This document shows positions 37,001 to 51,500 of a stretch of 64,000 nucleotides of DNA, piece after piece. The notes beneath the pieces were generated by a model. It was not told where the DNA came from and searched no databases. It saw only the letters and a list, made by a program, of their open reading frames with translations. The stretch covers positions 271,374,001 through 271,438,000 of the forward strand of contig OZ024743.1 in assembly GCA_964016885.1 (NCBI GenBank), written 5' to 3'. Position 1 is the stretch's first letter; every line of letters begins with the position of its first letter. The translations under genes were made by a program, and so were the position numbers. The stretch is from Eledone cirrhosa. Its lineage: Eukaryota.

Positions 37001-40000
37001 CCAGCAAAACATTGTCATACGACACCAAAATATTGCCACAATTACCCACCAAAAATACTGCCCTGCAATGCCCCACCAAAATATTGCCATGACTACCAAA
37101 ATATTGCTTGTGCTACACCAAAATAATGTTTTATCCCACCAAAATATTGTTATGCCTCACCAAACTATTACCATGACAACCAAAATATTGCCCTACCCTA
37201 CCAAAATACTGCTATGTCCCACAAACTAATAGTGTGTCCCACCAAAATATTTCTGTGCACCACTAAAATACTATGTCCCATCAAAATATTGCAGTGCCAT
37301 GCCTCACCAAAATATTGCCATGTCTACCAAAATATTACCATGACAACCAAAATATTGCCCTGCTCTACCAGCATATGCTATGTCCCACGAAAATAATTCT
37401 GTATCCCACCAAAATACTACTATGCCCCACCAAAATACTACTATGTCCCACCAAAATACTACTATGCCCCACCAAAATAATGTTGTGTCGCACCAAAATA
37501 CTACTATGCCCCACCAAAATAATGTGTCCCACCAAAATACTACTATGCCCCACCAAAATAATGTTGTGTCCCACCAAAATACTACTATGTCCCACCAAAA
37601 TACTACTATGCCCCACCAAAATAATGTGTCCCACCAAAATACTACTATGTCCCACCAAAATAATGTTGTGTCCCACCAAAATACTACTATGTCCCACCAA
37701 AATAATGTTGTGTCCCACCAAAATACTACTATGTCCCACCAAAATAATGTTGTGTCCCACCAAAATACTACTATGTCCCACCAAAATAATGTTGTGTTCC
37801 ACCAAAATACTACTATGTCCCACCAAAATAATGTTGTGTTCCACCAAAATACTACTATGCCCCACCAAAATACTACTATGTCCCACCAAAATACTACTAT
37901 GCCCCACCAAAATAATGTGTCCCACCAAAATACTACTATGTCCCACCAAAATAATGTTGTGTCCCACCAAAATACTACTATGCCCCACCAAAATAATGTG
38001 TCCCACCAAAATACTACTATGCCCCACCAAAATAATGTGTCCCACCAAAATACTACTATGCCCCACCAAAATAATGTGTCCCACCAAAATACTACTATGC
38101 CCCACCAAAATAATGTTGTGTCCCACCAAAATACTACTATGCCCCACCAAAATAATGTGTCCCACCAAAATACTACTATGTCCCACCAAAATAATGTTGT
38201 GTCCCACCAAAATACTACTATGCCCACCAAAATAATGTTGTGTTCCACCAAAATACTACTATGCCCACCAAAATAATGTTGTGTTCCACCAAAATACTAC
38301 TATGCCCCACCAAAATAATGTTGTGTTCCACCTAAATACTATTATGCCCCACCAAAATAATGCTGTGTCCCACCAACATATTTCACTGCCCCACCAAAAT
38401 ATTGCTGTGCTCCACTAGTGAAGCGTGTACCCCACAGCCCTCTATATATGTGGCTAATGAATCGGTTAGAAATAACAACTAAATTTCTCACAAACCACAC
38501 TTCACTGGTTCAAAAAAAAAAAGGGGGCACATTGGGTAATGTATCCAAAGGTAAACTGCATCTAAATAAGGAATGGTGAGATGGTCATGGCTGTAATGTC
38601 TTTAGAAATATGCGTGCTAGAAAGGCTGAATACGAGGGTCAGCTGAACAGTTCAGAAGCTGACCAAGATACTCTCAGGGTATGACTAAATGAGGTTTATT
38701 TTTTAACATACTCCCCAGAAAGAAACAATGCAGTTATTAATAAGAAGAGTTGAAATTGTGTTTGAGGACTCTTCCAACCCTCCCAGGATTAAGTGGGTGA
38801 AGAAGAAGAAGTAGAAGAAGAAGAAGATTAATGTATGCAATATTTTACAGCTTTAGCATCAATCCTTCATAGTCAGCTTATGAATGTTTCAGCCGACCTT
38901 TGTAGGCAGAAAACAGGTTGAAACAGCAACTGACCTTATTGTGAGTAACAGGTAGAGAGTTATGCCATGACATTAACATCTTGAAAGCAGCTATGTTAGG
39001 AGGAGCATCTGTCGTGGTTTTCTTTATTCGTTTCACAACCAGACCAGAGACGTTCAGCTCACCTGCCAGATATTCCCATCTGTCTCCAACAACATCAGAT
39101 ACTTTCAGGAAGAAGCCTTTCCTTACAGGATCTTGGAAAGTAGAAACAACACATCATACAAATAAGTAATGGAAATACTACTACATACACAGACACACAC
39201 ACACCCAGACTTATATGCACGCACAGACATACACATGCAAACTCAAACACATGCACAAATATGTGTGTGTGTGTAATGGCAGTGCCACAGCATGGTCTCA
39301 GCCTGTCAGCTGGAACACATAATAGAGTAATATATATAATGGATGTTGACTCATTATGGAGTATGACACACAATACACACACATATATACAATTTGTTCT
39401 GTATATATGTACAAAATACTAGTAGTTTTCCAATTTGGGACATAGAATTTTTTAATATATCGTTTAAACTTGTATAATTGATACTCTGAACTAACTCATG
39501 GAGCTTTGTTGTTGAGAAACATAATAGATATATATTTTATATGTATAGATTAAACTTAAATTTAGTAAATTGCCCCAAATCTTCTTAATTTTGTTGATTT
39601 GCCTTATGGGACTGTTTGGAACTATCTTTAGCACTTCTTATGACCTGTCATGTAATATCCACCCTTCTCTTAAACATTATTTTAACACCATGTGGAGGTT
39701 ATTTCAAATCTCCTCTTTGGACAGGTAATTAGTAATTTGTGCAGTGTGAGATATATATATATATATATATATATACAAAAGACCGAAACTTTCTGATGAT
39801 TAAAATCCTCATCTTATTAGCAACATTGATAATTGGTGATTGATACTGACCATTAAAATCGATGGCATGCATCTTTTCTGGGGGTTTTATAAAACAGATC
39901 TAAGTGACTTTAAATGATTTAGGTTTGTTACCATCTTGAAATAAGTGAATATATTATTTGTTCTGTATATATGTACAAAATACTACTAGTTTCTCAATTT

Positions 40001-43000
40001 GATATATAATTTTTTTTAATGTGTTGTTTAAACTTGCATATTTGTTGCTCTGAGCTAATGTTAACAGAGCTTTGTTGCTGAGAAACATAATAGATATATA
40101 TTTTATATGTATAGATTAAACATAAATATAGTATATATATATATATATAGCGAAACATACTCTAATTATAGCATGTCAAGGTGTAATAGTTATTATTGGA
40201 TGGTTAGTACACTTTAATTTATTCATTTAATTGATCTGTATTCTCCTTTCCTTTCATAGACAATATGTTCTTCACTCTGGTGGTTTTCTATCCCCTATGA
40301 TTAAACACATACCTCTTTATGTACTTCTCTCTATATACTGATTTATAAAGAGTCCCAAATCTATTTCTTGAGCTCATTGAATTATAGGGGATTAACGTGA
40401 GTCTTTAACCCTGTTTTTTAATTTGATATATATATATACATTTATATATTTAGTCTGTTTGTGTTTGTCAATCTGGAATTGTTTCTCAATTGTGTGTAAT
40501 GATCAACTAATATTTGTGTATGTATATATATATGAGAGACAGAAGTTTATGAACTCATATTCATAATAAACACAAACAACAGCTTATACCCTAAAAATCA
40601 ATGCTATCATACCTTTGATATCCTGTATTTGTTTCTGCCAGTTCTGATAATGAAATAATTATAATTATCATTGCAAGCAGGGAAAAAGCGGATGTAAAAT
40701 GAAATGATGATGATGATAATAATAATTTCTTTTGATGGTCACAATATAACAAGAAAACATAGACAACCATTGTGGATTTACATCCAGTTAAAAAGTGTAA
40801 GATCAACACAACAACACATTAATAAAGATATAATAATTCTTTTTAACATTGGCATAAGTCCAGCAATCTGAGAGAAGGGGAAAGTTGATTATATCAACCC
40901 CAATACTTGACAGGTATTTTATGGAGCCTGAAAGGACAAAAGGCAGAATTGACCACAACAGAATATAAAGAGTTGTAACTAAATTCTGTGAAGCATTTTG
41001 TTGGATGCTGCCCTAGTTAAATACATAACAAATAGCATAAGATTGAAGAGCAGTGGTTTATAAACTTTTTTTTACTCACAGTGCTCTTTACAACAAATTA
41101 AAATATTTTGGCACTCTTTGTACCCAAATTAAAAAAATTATTCAATAGCAGTATTTATACATATTAGCACAGCATAAAGTAAAAATATGTAATATTAAAT
41201 TTACAGAAAGATTATTTGTGCTTCCTTCTTTAGTCAACATCTACATACTTTATCTATATATTTAGTTAATATCTACATACTGTGTCTATATATACTATCA
41301 ACATCTACACACTGTGTCTATATAAACAGTTAACATCTACACACTTTATCTATATAAACAGTCCACATCTACATACTGTGCCTTTATATGCAGTCAACAT
41401 CTACACACTATGTCAACATATAGTCAGCATGTACACACTGTATCTATATATATAGTCAACATCTACACACTATGTCAACATATAGTCAGCATGTACACAC
41501 TGTATCTATATATATAGTCAACATCTACACACTATGTCAACATATAGTCAGCATGTACACACTGTATCTATATATATAGTCAACATCTACACACTATGTC
41601 AACATATAGTCAGCATGTACACACTGTATCTATATATATAGTCAACATCTACACACTATGTCAACATATAGTCAGCATGTACACACTGTATCTATATATA
41701 TAGTCAACATCTACACACTATGTCAACATATAGTCAGCATGTACACACTGTATCTATATATATAGTCAACATCTACACACTATGTCAACATATAGTCAGC
41801 ATGTACACACTGTATCTATATATATATAGTCAACATCTACACACTATGTTAATGAATGCAGTCAACATGTATACTGTATATATACAGTTACCATCTATAC
41901 ACTGTGTCAATATATAAAGTCAACATCTACATACTGTGTTAAATATGTATGTATGTATGTATGTTAAACCACTGGGAGTGGAGGACCCCTAGCCTTTGTC
42001 AGGGCATTCTTCTAGGAGAAGGCAACTCAGGAAACTGGGATAACTCCGATATAAAACCTGCGGCTCAGTAGTTACCGATAATGTTGATCTTTTCTTCTTT
42101 TTGGGTTATAGTTACTGTCGCTCAGAGAGTGGGATTGGCTCAGTGCACAGTCTTTCTTCACTTTAAAAAATATTTTCACGCATAGGCATTGGACGATAGA
42201 ATTAATTAATAATTATTAATAATAGTATATCATGCAATGGCCATACTCGATAATGAGGGGGCAGCCATCATCATCATGTATGTATGTATGTATGTATGTG
42301 TGTGTATGTATAAAGAAATATACTCACCCATGGTATGAGTGATGGCTTCAGCATATATTCATTCTCACATCTGGATTGAAATAAAACAACAATTAAGAAT
42401 ATATATCATACACATACATACATCACACTCAGACAATGATATCATACAATAATATTAACAGTTGAAGATCAGTCATATAATACATACATACATTACATGC
42501 ATGCATATATCCATATATCGATACACATATTCCATACATACATGCATACATATATTCCATACATACATACAATCATATATTTCATACATATTTACACACA
42601 CACACACACACACACACACCTCAGACAGATACACAACGGAATGGACCTCCATCAATTTCGATGATGAGTGTTCTAGCTGTTTGATCAACAGGGCAGCCTC
42701 CTCATGATATTACCATGTAAGTGGCCGAGCATTTCACTGACATTTGTATCATTAACGTAATCCTCAGGGAGATTCAATATGACACAGGCAGTCCTTTTGA
42801 ATTACAGGTACAGTCTATCTGATGGGCTTCAAAACAGTTTCTATCTTCCCAATTTCATTCACAAGACATGGATTGAATTGAGGTTATGATAAAGGACACT
42901 TGCTCAAGATGCCACACAGTGTAATGAAACCTGGGACTAAATGATTGCAAAGGGAACCTCAATTAAGTTCTTGTAACAAGGACAGCCTGTCATTGGGGAT

Positions 43001-44689
43001 GACAGCGAAAAACACCTACAGGGGTAGGCTGAAAAGTTCATTAACTAACTGTGAAGGAGTGATGCTAGAGCTATGAAATCATGCATGCATTAATTTCAAC
43101 TCTTCTTATTAATAACTGCACTGATTCCTTCCAGGAACTTTGTCGAAAAATAGACCTCATTTGGTCATTCAATGAGAGTGTCTTGATCAGCCTATGAACT
43201 TTTCAGCTGACCCTCATACAGTGTCATCCTATATACAGAGGGTTGCAGTGTTGTGACTTGTATAGTCCCTGATGTTGATCAAGATTTTCTTTCTCTGTCT
43301 CTTCTTTACCTTCCTTCAACTGTGCCCGGAGAATGGTTTTGGACAGAGTGTTATGGCAAGATACATGACTATCACATGGATTGGTTCTTGCCTGTTGACA
43401 TATTTGTTGACTTGATGTCTGACAAAGCTGTTGATCTTATGCTCTACAGCAGAAAAGAATAAAAAATAAAAATAAATCCAACAAGATCTTACCTGGAGGA
43501 TGGTTTTATCTTAAAGCTGATTCCTTGGTTTTGGACAATCTGTATGGCTTCTTCAGTCCATTGTGAGGAGTGGTTCTTTGTATACAGCTGTAAGTCTACA
43601 AACAGAACTTCACCTTAACACTTTAGCATTTAAATTGCCTATATCCGGCAGGATTCTCTCACCTCTTTCCGTTTAAACTGGCCATAACCAGCCCCTCATA
43701 CTGATGTTAAGGTATTATTCTCAAAATAAATAAATTTAAAATCTCATAGATTCAATGTTATGTGAAATAATTATGTGAACTAAAACCTTTGCTGTGAAAA
43801 TACAATAGTAAATATAGAGTAATGTGAATGCTAAAGGGTTAAAGTGTTTGGTTTTTACACAGATGTATTGATGAAGGTTTTTCATGTAGTAAACATTTTT
43901 CACTGACACCAGATTATTTGTAACCCTCTTATTTGTAATCTAGTTTTTTTAGTTTCACAATATGGTCTACACAGATATACACACATAACTGTGCATGTGT
44001 ATGTGTGTAGATGTTTATGTAAGACTCTTTCTCTGGATCTATCAATCCACATCTTTGTCAAACTAGTGAGTTGTTATGCCCTAACTCTTTATTCATCTGA
44101 GCAGGATATCGTAACATTTTATGATCAGCTTCACACAGTGGTCTCCACTGTTTCATACAAAAACAAGCTTATCATAATGGGAGATTTCAATATTAGAGTT
44201 GGGAATAGCTATCAAACATGGCATGTTGTTCTTGGGTTTAATGAAGTCAGAGCTATGAAATTAAATAGGCTTAGGCTGCTTTTACCCGGCAAGGAATTTG
44301 ATTTTAGCATCACTAATAGCTCTTTTCAACAATCTACAAACCATAAGACAACATGGATGCCTTCTAGATCCAAGAATTGGCACATGATTGACTATGTCAT
44401 CACACACAGGTGTGACTTAAAAGATTTCAAAATCACTCTTTCTTTTCACTCATCTTGCTATCTCTCAGATCATGCATTGCTATGCAGTAAAGTTTCATTC
44501 AATCTATCTAACACATACACATTCACATACACACACACATATTATAAAGAGTCGAGACCCCAACGGCTGAGCTCTTGCCATTTCAACAGCCAGTTCCAGA
44601 CTCTTTATAATACAACCATACTCTACTACCCAAGTATCAAGTACTCTGGTAAGTAATGGTCTAACCAGTTTCTAACTGAATCCATCCTG

Positions 44690-44734
<45 letters not shown>

Positions 44735-47700
44735 AATAGTGAATGTGAGTGAATGATGTAATGCTACTTGTAAACTCTCTCAGTGAACAAACAAATCAAT
44801 GATAATTAAGATGATGACAGTAACAACAACATCATCATCAACAACAGCACTTCTGCTGTATGTGGAACAGATGTCTTTGTCTTTGTTCACTTACCTGGAT
44901 ATGGAGTGTCGTTTGTAGAAGAAAAGTGAACTGTGATTGGTTGCTGTAAGTCTGTGTTGAATTTGAGCAACAACTGGGGTATTGGTTGGTAGGGGTTCAA
45001 CTGGAAGATCAAATAGGGTTACAACGTTAACTGAATATAGTAAATGATTGTTTCTGATTTAGAAACAAGGCCAACTATCTGGAGGAGGGGAAAGTTAATT
45101 AATTCGACCGCGGTGCATTACTGGTACTTTGTTTTATTGACCCCATAAGGATGAAAGGCAAAGCTAACCTCGGCAGGATTTGAACACATGATGCAAAGGG
45201 ATGTAACTATATGCCATAAAGTATGTTGTCCGACACTAAATAATAATAATAATAAAGGCACAAGGCCAGCAATTTTTGGGGGAAGGGAGTCGATTGAATT
45301 GACCCCAGTGCACGACTGGTACTTTATTTTATCAACCCTGTAAGGATGAAAGGCAATGCTAAACTTGGAGGGATTTGAACTCAGAATATAAAAAGACTTA
45401 ATTATATGCCACAAAGCATGTTGTCTGACACTTAATAATAATGATGATAATAATTTCTTTATTAGCCACAAAGGCTTGCACATATAATACAATGTTATAA
45501 ATATAAAAGTTATATAAAACGAGGCCAGGGGCAAGGACGTTGTGTAATAAACAGATACATTTGATAAACATCAATTAAGTCTAAGAATATTATAAAAGAA
45601 TAATTAATACAAGACATAATATAAAACATGAAAAGTATCTATGGTTACCCTCTCACTAATGTGTGGGAGCCCTCTAGTAGAGCCAGAGCACCCTACATTT
45701 CTACTGACCCATCATACATTATATATTTTTAGGGGATCACTGAAATCGCCTGTAAGGAATTTTGTTTTTTGTATTTTCATTAATAAAAGAACCCACATCT
45801 TGACAAAAATATTTTATTCTTTCATTTAATACAAGCAGCTGAAACGGGGGTTCCTCTGAAGGGTCTTTGGAGTAACATTACTCAATAGAGTGCGTAACTC
45901 AGAGAGTCACTGCAGGTAGAGTTGCTACTTCTCCGAATCGGCTTATATTCGAGTATATACAATAGGTTGCACTAACATAACACATTTTATGAAAGCATAT
46001 ACAATATGTTTATGTATAATAAACATATGAGAGTCTCACTATGAATTTTTTAAAAGGCTGTAATCATGTCACAGCTATCTTAGATCAAAAACACTGTTTC
46101 TTTTCTATTTCTATTGTAGCAGTCTGTTGGCCTTACTCAGTCTTCATATGGTCCTTATCACAAATAAATGGTGTAGTATTCTTAGGAAGGGAACATCAAC
46201 ATTGTCCTCCTTTGCTACTCAGCAAGATGTAACCTTCTCTGCATCTAATTTTGACACAAGACCAACACTTTGGAGGGGGATGGATAAGTCAGTTACATTG
46301 GCTAGCCCCAACACACAGCTGGTACTTTATTTTATCTATCATGGGAGGATAAAAGGCAAAGCTGATCTTAGCAGCATTTGAACTCAGAATACAAATAGCT
46401 ACATTTCAATATCAATAACAATAACAAACACATTATACACATGTATTCATAGGCATTTGAATACACATACACACACATACATGCACACAGATGAGCACTC
46501 ATACACATATATACAATCATGTGAATACAAGTATACATTCACACACAAATAAACATACATTGATAAACATCACAATTAAACACACACACATATATATATT
46601 TACATGTATGTGCATGACTTAGTGGCTAGAGTGTTGGATTCACAATCAAGAAGTTGTGAGTTTTATTTTAGGACCAGGCAGTGCATTGGACCCTTGAGCA
46701 AGACACTTTACGTCACCGATGCTAAACTGTATTTGATTTTAGACAACATCAGTGGCATGGAGAGGGAAGATTGGAATGTATGAGCGACTGCTGGACTTCC
46801 TAATAAAATAAACCTTGCTCGGGTTTTTGCTTCAGAAAGGAACTTTCTAGGTGTAAAACTCATGGTCATTTGTGAACGACGGGGGACTTTCCACTTTTGT
46901 ACGTCGATATGCACATCCATACACATATGAATGCACACACACACACACACACTTAAATCCACTTCCATTGACATACACAAAAATACACACACAAATACAG
47001 ATACATCTATACACACACATACATACATGCAAACGTGTAAGAGATAAAGAAGTATCTTACTCTAAGTCTGAGGGAAATGTTGTTAGAAAAAGTTGCTCCA
47101 GCTGGAAATATAATGGATAGCTTTGATTCCAAAGATGAAACCATCTTTCCTCCATTACTGATGTCATCACACTGCCAACTTTCTACTCTCATTCTCTTAA
47201 TGAGAGCTATATAGCATGGTAGTTCTCTTGCTGACTTCTCATCCTCTCCACTGTGCTGTTTGTTGTTAATGTTGTGATTCATAATGTTGTTGATCAGGTT
47301 GATGATGATGTTCATAATTAAGATCCCAGTGGTAGTAGTTGCAGTAGTAGTAGTAGTAGTGGTAGTAGCAGCATCAGAAGTAGTAGTAGTGGTAGTAGCA
47401 ATAGTAATAGCAGCAGCAGTAGTAGTAGTAATATTAGTAGTAGTAGCAGCAGCAGTAGTAGTGATGGTAGTGGTAGTAGTAGTATTTGTAGTGGTAGCAG
47501 CAGCCGTAGTAGTGGTAGTAGTAGTAGTAGTAGTGGTAGTAGTAGTAGTAGTAGCAGTAGTAGTAGTAGCAGCAGTAGTAGAGTAGTAGCAAGAGTAGTG
47601 GTTGTAATAGTAGTCATAGTAGTAGTAGTGATGGTGGTGGTAGTAGTAGCAACAGTAGTAGTAGGGGTTGTAGCGGTGGTGTTTGTGTTGGTAGAGGTAT

Positions 47701-48504
47701 CCCAGATGGAGTTATTTGCAACAGAAAAACAAGAGATTTATGGTTACAACATGGAGGTACAAGAGTGCTGTGAATGATGTATGTAAGGGTATGGGTCCCT
47801 TAACTCACTGGGTAGCATAGAAGGAAATCATTTAAGTTAATAATTGTTTCTACTTTTGGCACAAGGCCAGCAATTACCCAGTGCATTACTGGTACTTTAT
47901 TTTATCGACCCCGTAAGGATGAAAGGCAAAGTTAACCTCGGCGGGATTTGAACTCAGATCATAAAGGGCCGTAACTCTTTGCTGCAAAGCATGGCGTCCG
48001 ACCCTCTACCGATACTGCCAATCCACCAGAAAACATTTTTTTCTTTGCTTTAACGAGCTCTACAATATGTTAGAAACTGAAAAATAATACACTTCTAAAT
48101 TATGACTAACTTCAGTTTCATCTGCTGAATTCTCAAAATTGTACCATTCAAAGGCACAATAACCTCTCCAGTGTTGGTGCCATGATAAAAAGCACCTGGT
48201 ATGCTTAGTAAAGTGCTAGATGATAGGAAGAGCATTCAGCTGTTGTAAATTTGCTAAGCAAAAAGTCAAGAGAACTCTTCACCTCCATAGTGCCATGATA
48301 AAATGTACCCAGTTCACTATGTAGAGTAAAGGAACATATATAGGCCATTTCAACAGTTAGTTCCAGACTATGGATATATATATAGTATATATATATACTA
48401 ACTATATATATATATTTATATTCATATGTACAGGGTGTCCCAAAAAATGTATACACTATTGCCTGCAGAGGTAATCAAAGTGTATATATATTTTTTGGAG
48501 ACAC

Positions 48505-48541
<37 letters not shown>

Positions 48542-51500
48542 CCAGTGAGCTTTTGCCCTTTTGCTCAGCGTGTGGCTTCCATCCATGCTGAGCTTGCCTT
48601 GGGACACCTGTGTTACCCTATGACAGACGTACCGCCCCAGTCAAACTCCCCGACTGACACTGTTCTCGACTAAGGGTCGTGCATCGGCTACATTGGCGCC
48701 CGTCAAGGTGCACGAGACATGCACCGTACGCTTTGCACTAGATAAATGAACCACTGCTCAGCAATGGCCTCATCCCTTCTCCATCGAGTGAGTAAAGAAA
48801 CTACATATATATTATATACACACACACACATATATATATGTGTGTGTGTGTATATACACACACACTAGTATTTACCTGTTTGCAGTAGGACTAATAATTG
48901 TTTCTACTTTTGGCACAAGGTCAGCAATTATCCCAGTGTATTACTGGTACTTTATTTTATCGACCCCGTAAAGTTGAAAGGCAAAGTTAACCTCGGCAGG
49001 ATTTGAACTCAGACCGTAAAGGGCCGTAACTCTTTGCTGCAAAGCATGGCGTCCGACCCTCTACCGATACTACCAATCCACCGCCCAGTAGGACTAATAA
49101 TGCTGTTAGAACTCCATGTAGTATGGTATGAATATCCCAATGAAACAAGGTAAAAAATGTTTTTGTTTTTGTGGAAGAATGGTATCTTATATGTTGATGA
49201 GTACTCAAAAGAACTACAGAGTCCGATACATAGATTGAACAATGTAAACGCAAAAAACGAGGTTGAATGCTTAATTAGTTCATTGATTTGCCATCATTTC
49301 AGACGGTGGAGTGAACCATGATAATATCGATATGCAACTCCTTATTACTTTTCCTCAATAAAACAGATCTATCCCACCATTTATTGAGGCTAATAATGTG
49401 GAGTTATAATTGGTATTGATTAGTCAATATACCAATATCATTCTACCCTTTGAAATGATAAAAAAACATTGATCTATTTAAGCTCTAAACCTTGTCTTAG
49501 CATTTTTTTTATTGTTCAACTGAAACACACACATACACACACGCACATACATACACACACACATATTCCTTTCTGTATTTATGGGAATAAATAATCATTG
49601 GAACAGTCAATGACAAACTGTTTCTCTTACCGCTTCTAAATGAGGAGCTTCTATCTCAGAGTTAATATTGTTATATGAATTTATCCAAGTAGTTCCATCA
49701 CTGCTAATGATGAGTTCACAACACTGATATTGGTGAAGATCTTCAAGACAGAATGAAGTGATCTGTATAGTGGACTGAAAATAGACACACACATGCACAT
49801 TTATATATATACAACATATTATTCAAAATGTTAATAAATGAAAAATATTCTCATAATCAAAATATATATTTTATTATACATATTTCAAAGGTACAATGGT
49901 GTTTAAGTACATTTTCATCAGACAAAATATATGATTTGATAAGTGACATACTGCTACGGTTTTGATTATTCAATTCCAGTATTGGTATATATATATATAT
50001 ATATAAGCAAAAGGGATATTTAATTTGTTGGTAATTCAACAAATATATATGTTTATAACTGATTCGAAACACTCAACAGATTTTCTGGAGTATAACATCA
50101 ATGATATTAAATAAATATAGTTTCCATTTATTTAATATCATTGATATATATATATATATATATAATGTAGGAGGTGAGTTTTATTGTAGAACAATAAAAC
50201 TATGCAATAGAACTAAATGTCCTCTTAATAATTTCTGTCTCGATAAAAATCTAGTATACGAATGTAATGTGCTAACTAGTACCAATTCTTATACCTACAT
50301 TGGCTCTACTTCTACTTCTGTTAAGGCAAGACTATATAACCATTCTTCCTCATTTAAATATCCCCTTAAAAGAACAAACACTGCACTCTCAGAACTCATC
50401 TGGTCATTAAAAGACAAAAATATTAATTACAAAATTTCTTGGCGTAAAATATGCAATGCTTCTCCATATTCTAATGCTTCCATATCTAGGGCTTGTAATT
50501 TATGTCTAGCTGAAAAATTTACCATTATCTCGAATTTCAACTCTATAATAAATAGACGCACCGATTTATTTGCTCTCTGCATCCATAAATCTCTTAGGTC
50601 ATTTCACAAAGTATACAGCTAATACCCTATATCTTATTCCACGAATAAAGGTTAAACATTTTCTACACATACATATATTTTTTTTTTTACACAAATATCT
50701 TTTTACACTTTTTCTCGCATATTTCAGTACACTCTACAAAGTTTTAAACATACTATGAAGTTATATGATCTTCTACGCTTTAAATCACTTTAGCAAATTT
50801 CTTTATCTACTTGGTGATACAAAATATTATTTAAATAGTTCATATTTAATGTTTCTTTATATTCTTCTTCTCACTACTTTTAAGCCGCTCACTTTTCCTC
50901 CTTTATCACATCATATTTTTTCAATTTAAACCTTCATAGATTTTGTAAACAAATTATGACGTCATATGTCTTCATTTTTTTCTTCGCCTTTTCTACGCTT
51001 AAATAATTATAACATTTTCTTCTATTTACTTGTGGATTAAATTAATATTTAAATAGTTTTCCCATATATATAATTTCTTTTATATATAATCTATTTTTTT
51101 AATATATAACCCATAATTTTTAATAGTAAACTTCATTTTTGACATGGTTTGACTACTCTTATTTATTTTCTTCTACACATATATATTTTTTTTTCACATA
51201 AATATCTCTTCACACATTTTTCTCACATTTTTCAATTACATTCTATTTAAACAAACTATGACATTATATTGTCTTCTACGCTTATAAATAATTTAATTTT
51301 ATTTTACTTTATTTTATTTTAATAATACATTTTCACACCTCTTAATAAATCTTTTTTAGTATATAAACCCTAAATAAATAATATACCCAGTTTCTATATC
51401 TGTAATCATAAACCTCATCAATTTGTTAATTTATTTATTTCGTAGCCGTATATATTTTTTCAGCTGTTATTCACTGCTGTTTTTCAGTTTTGACAGCGTT

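Noticed and set aside
37273-38276. Four 281-320 aa ORFs (CPTKILL, HQNTTM and others)
   Set aside because: By-product of 18/21-bp repeat units; open on both strands, with no splice sites fitting the host gene.
43253-43443. Strong minus-strand polypyrimidine tract and AG suggesting an extra exon
   Set aside because: The intron would be only ~50 nt and the required phase hits a stop immediately.
47284-47617. Poly-Val and poly-Leu ORFs
   Set aside because: Translations of the (GTA)n microsatellite.
48876-49270. Possible exon of the minus-strand gene disrupted by a SINE (CAG|gtaaat donor at 48875)
   Set aside because: No phase-compatible acceptor or recognisable protein; the gene model chains without it.
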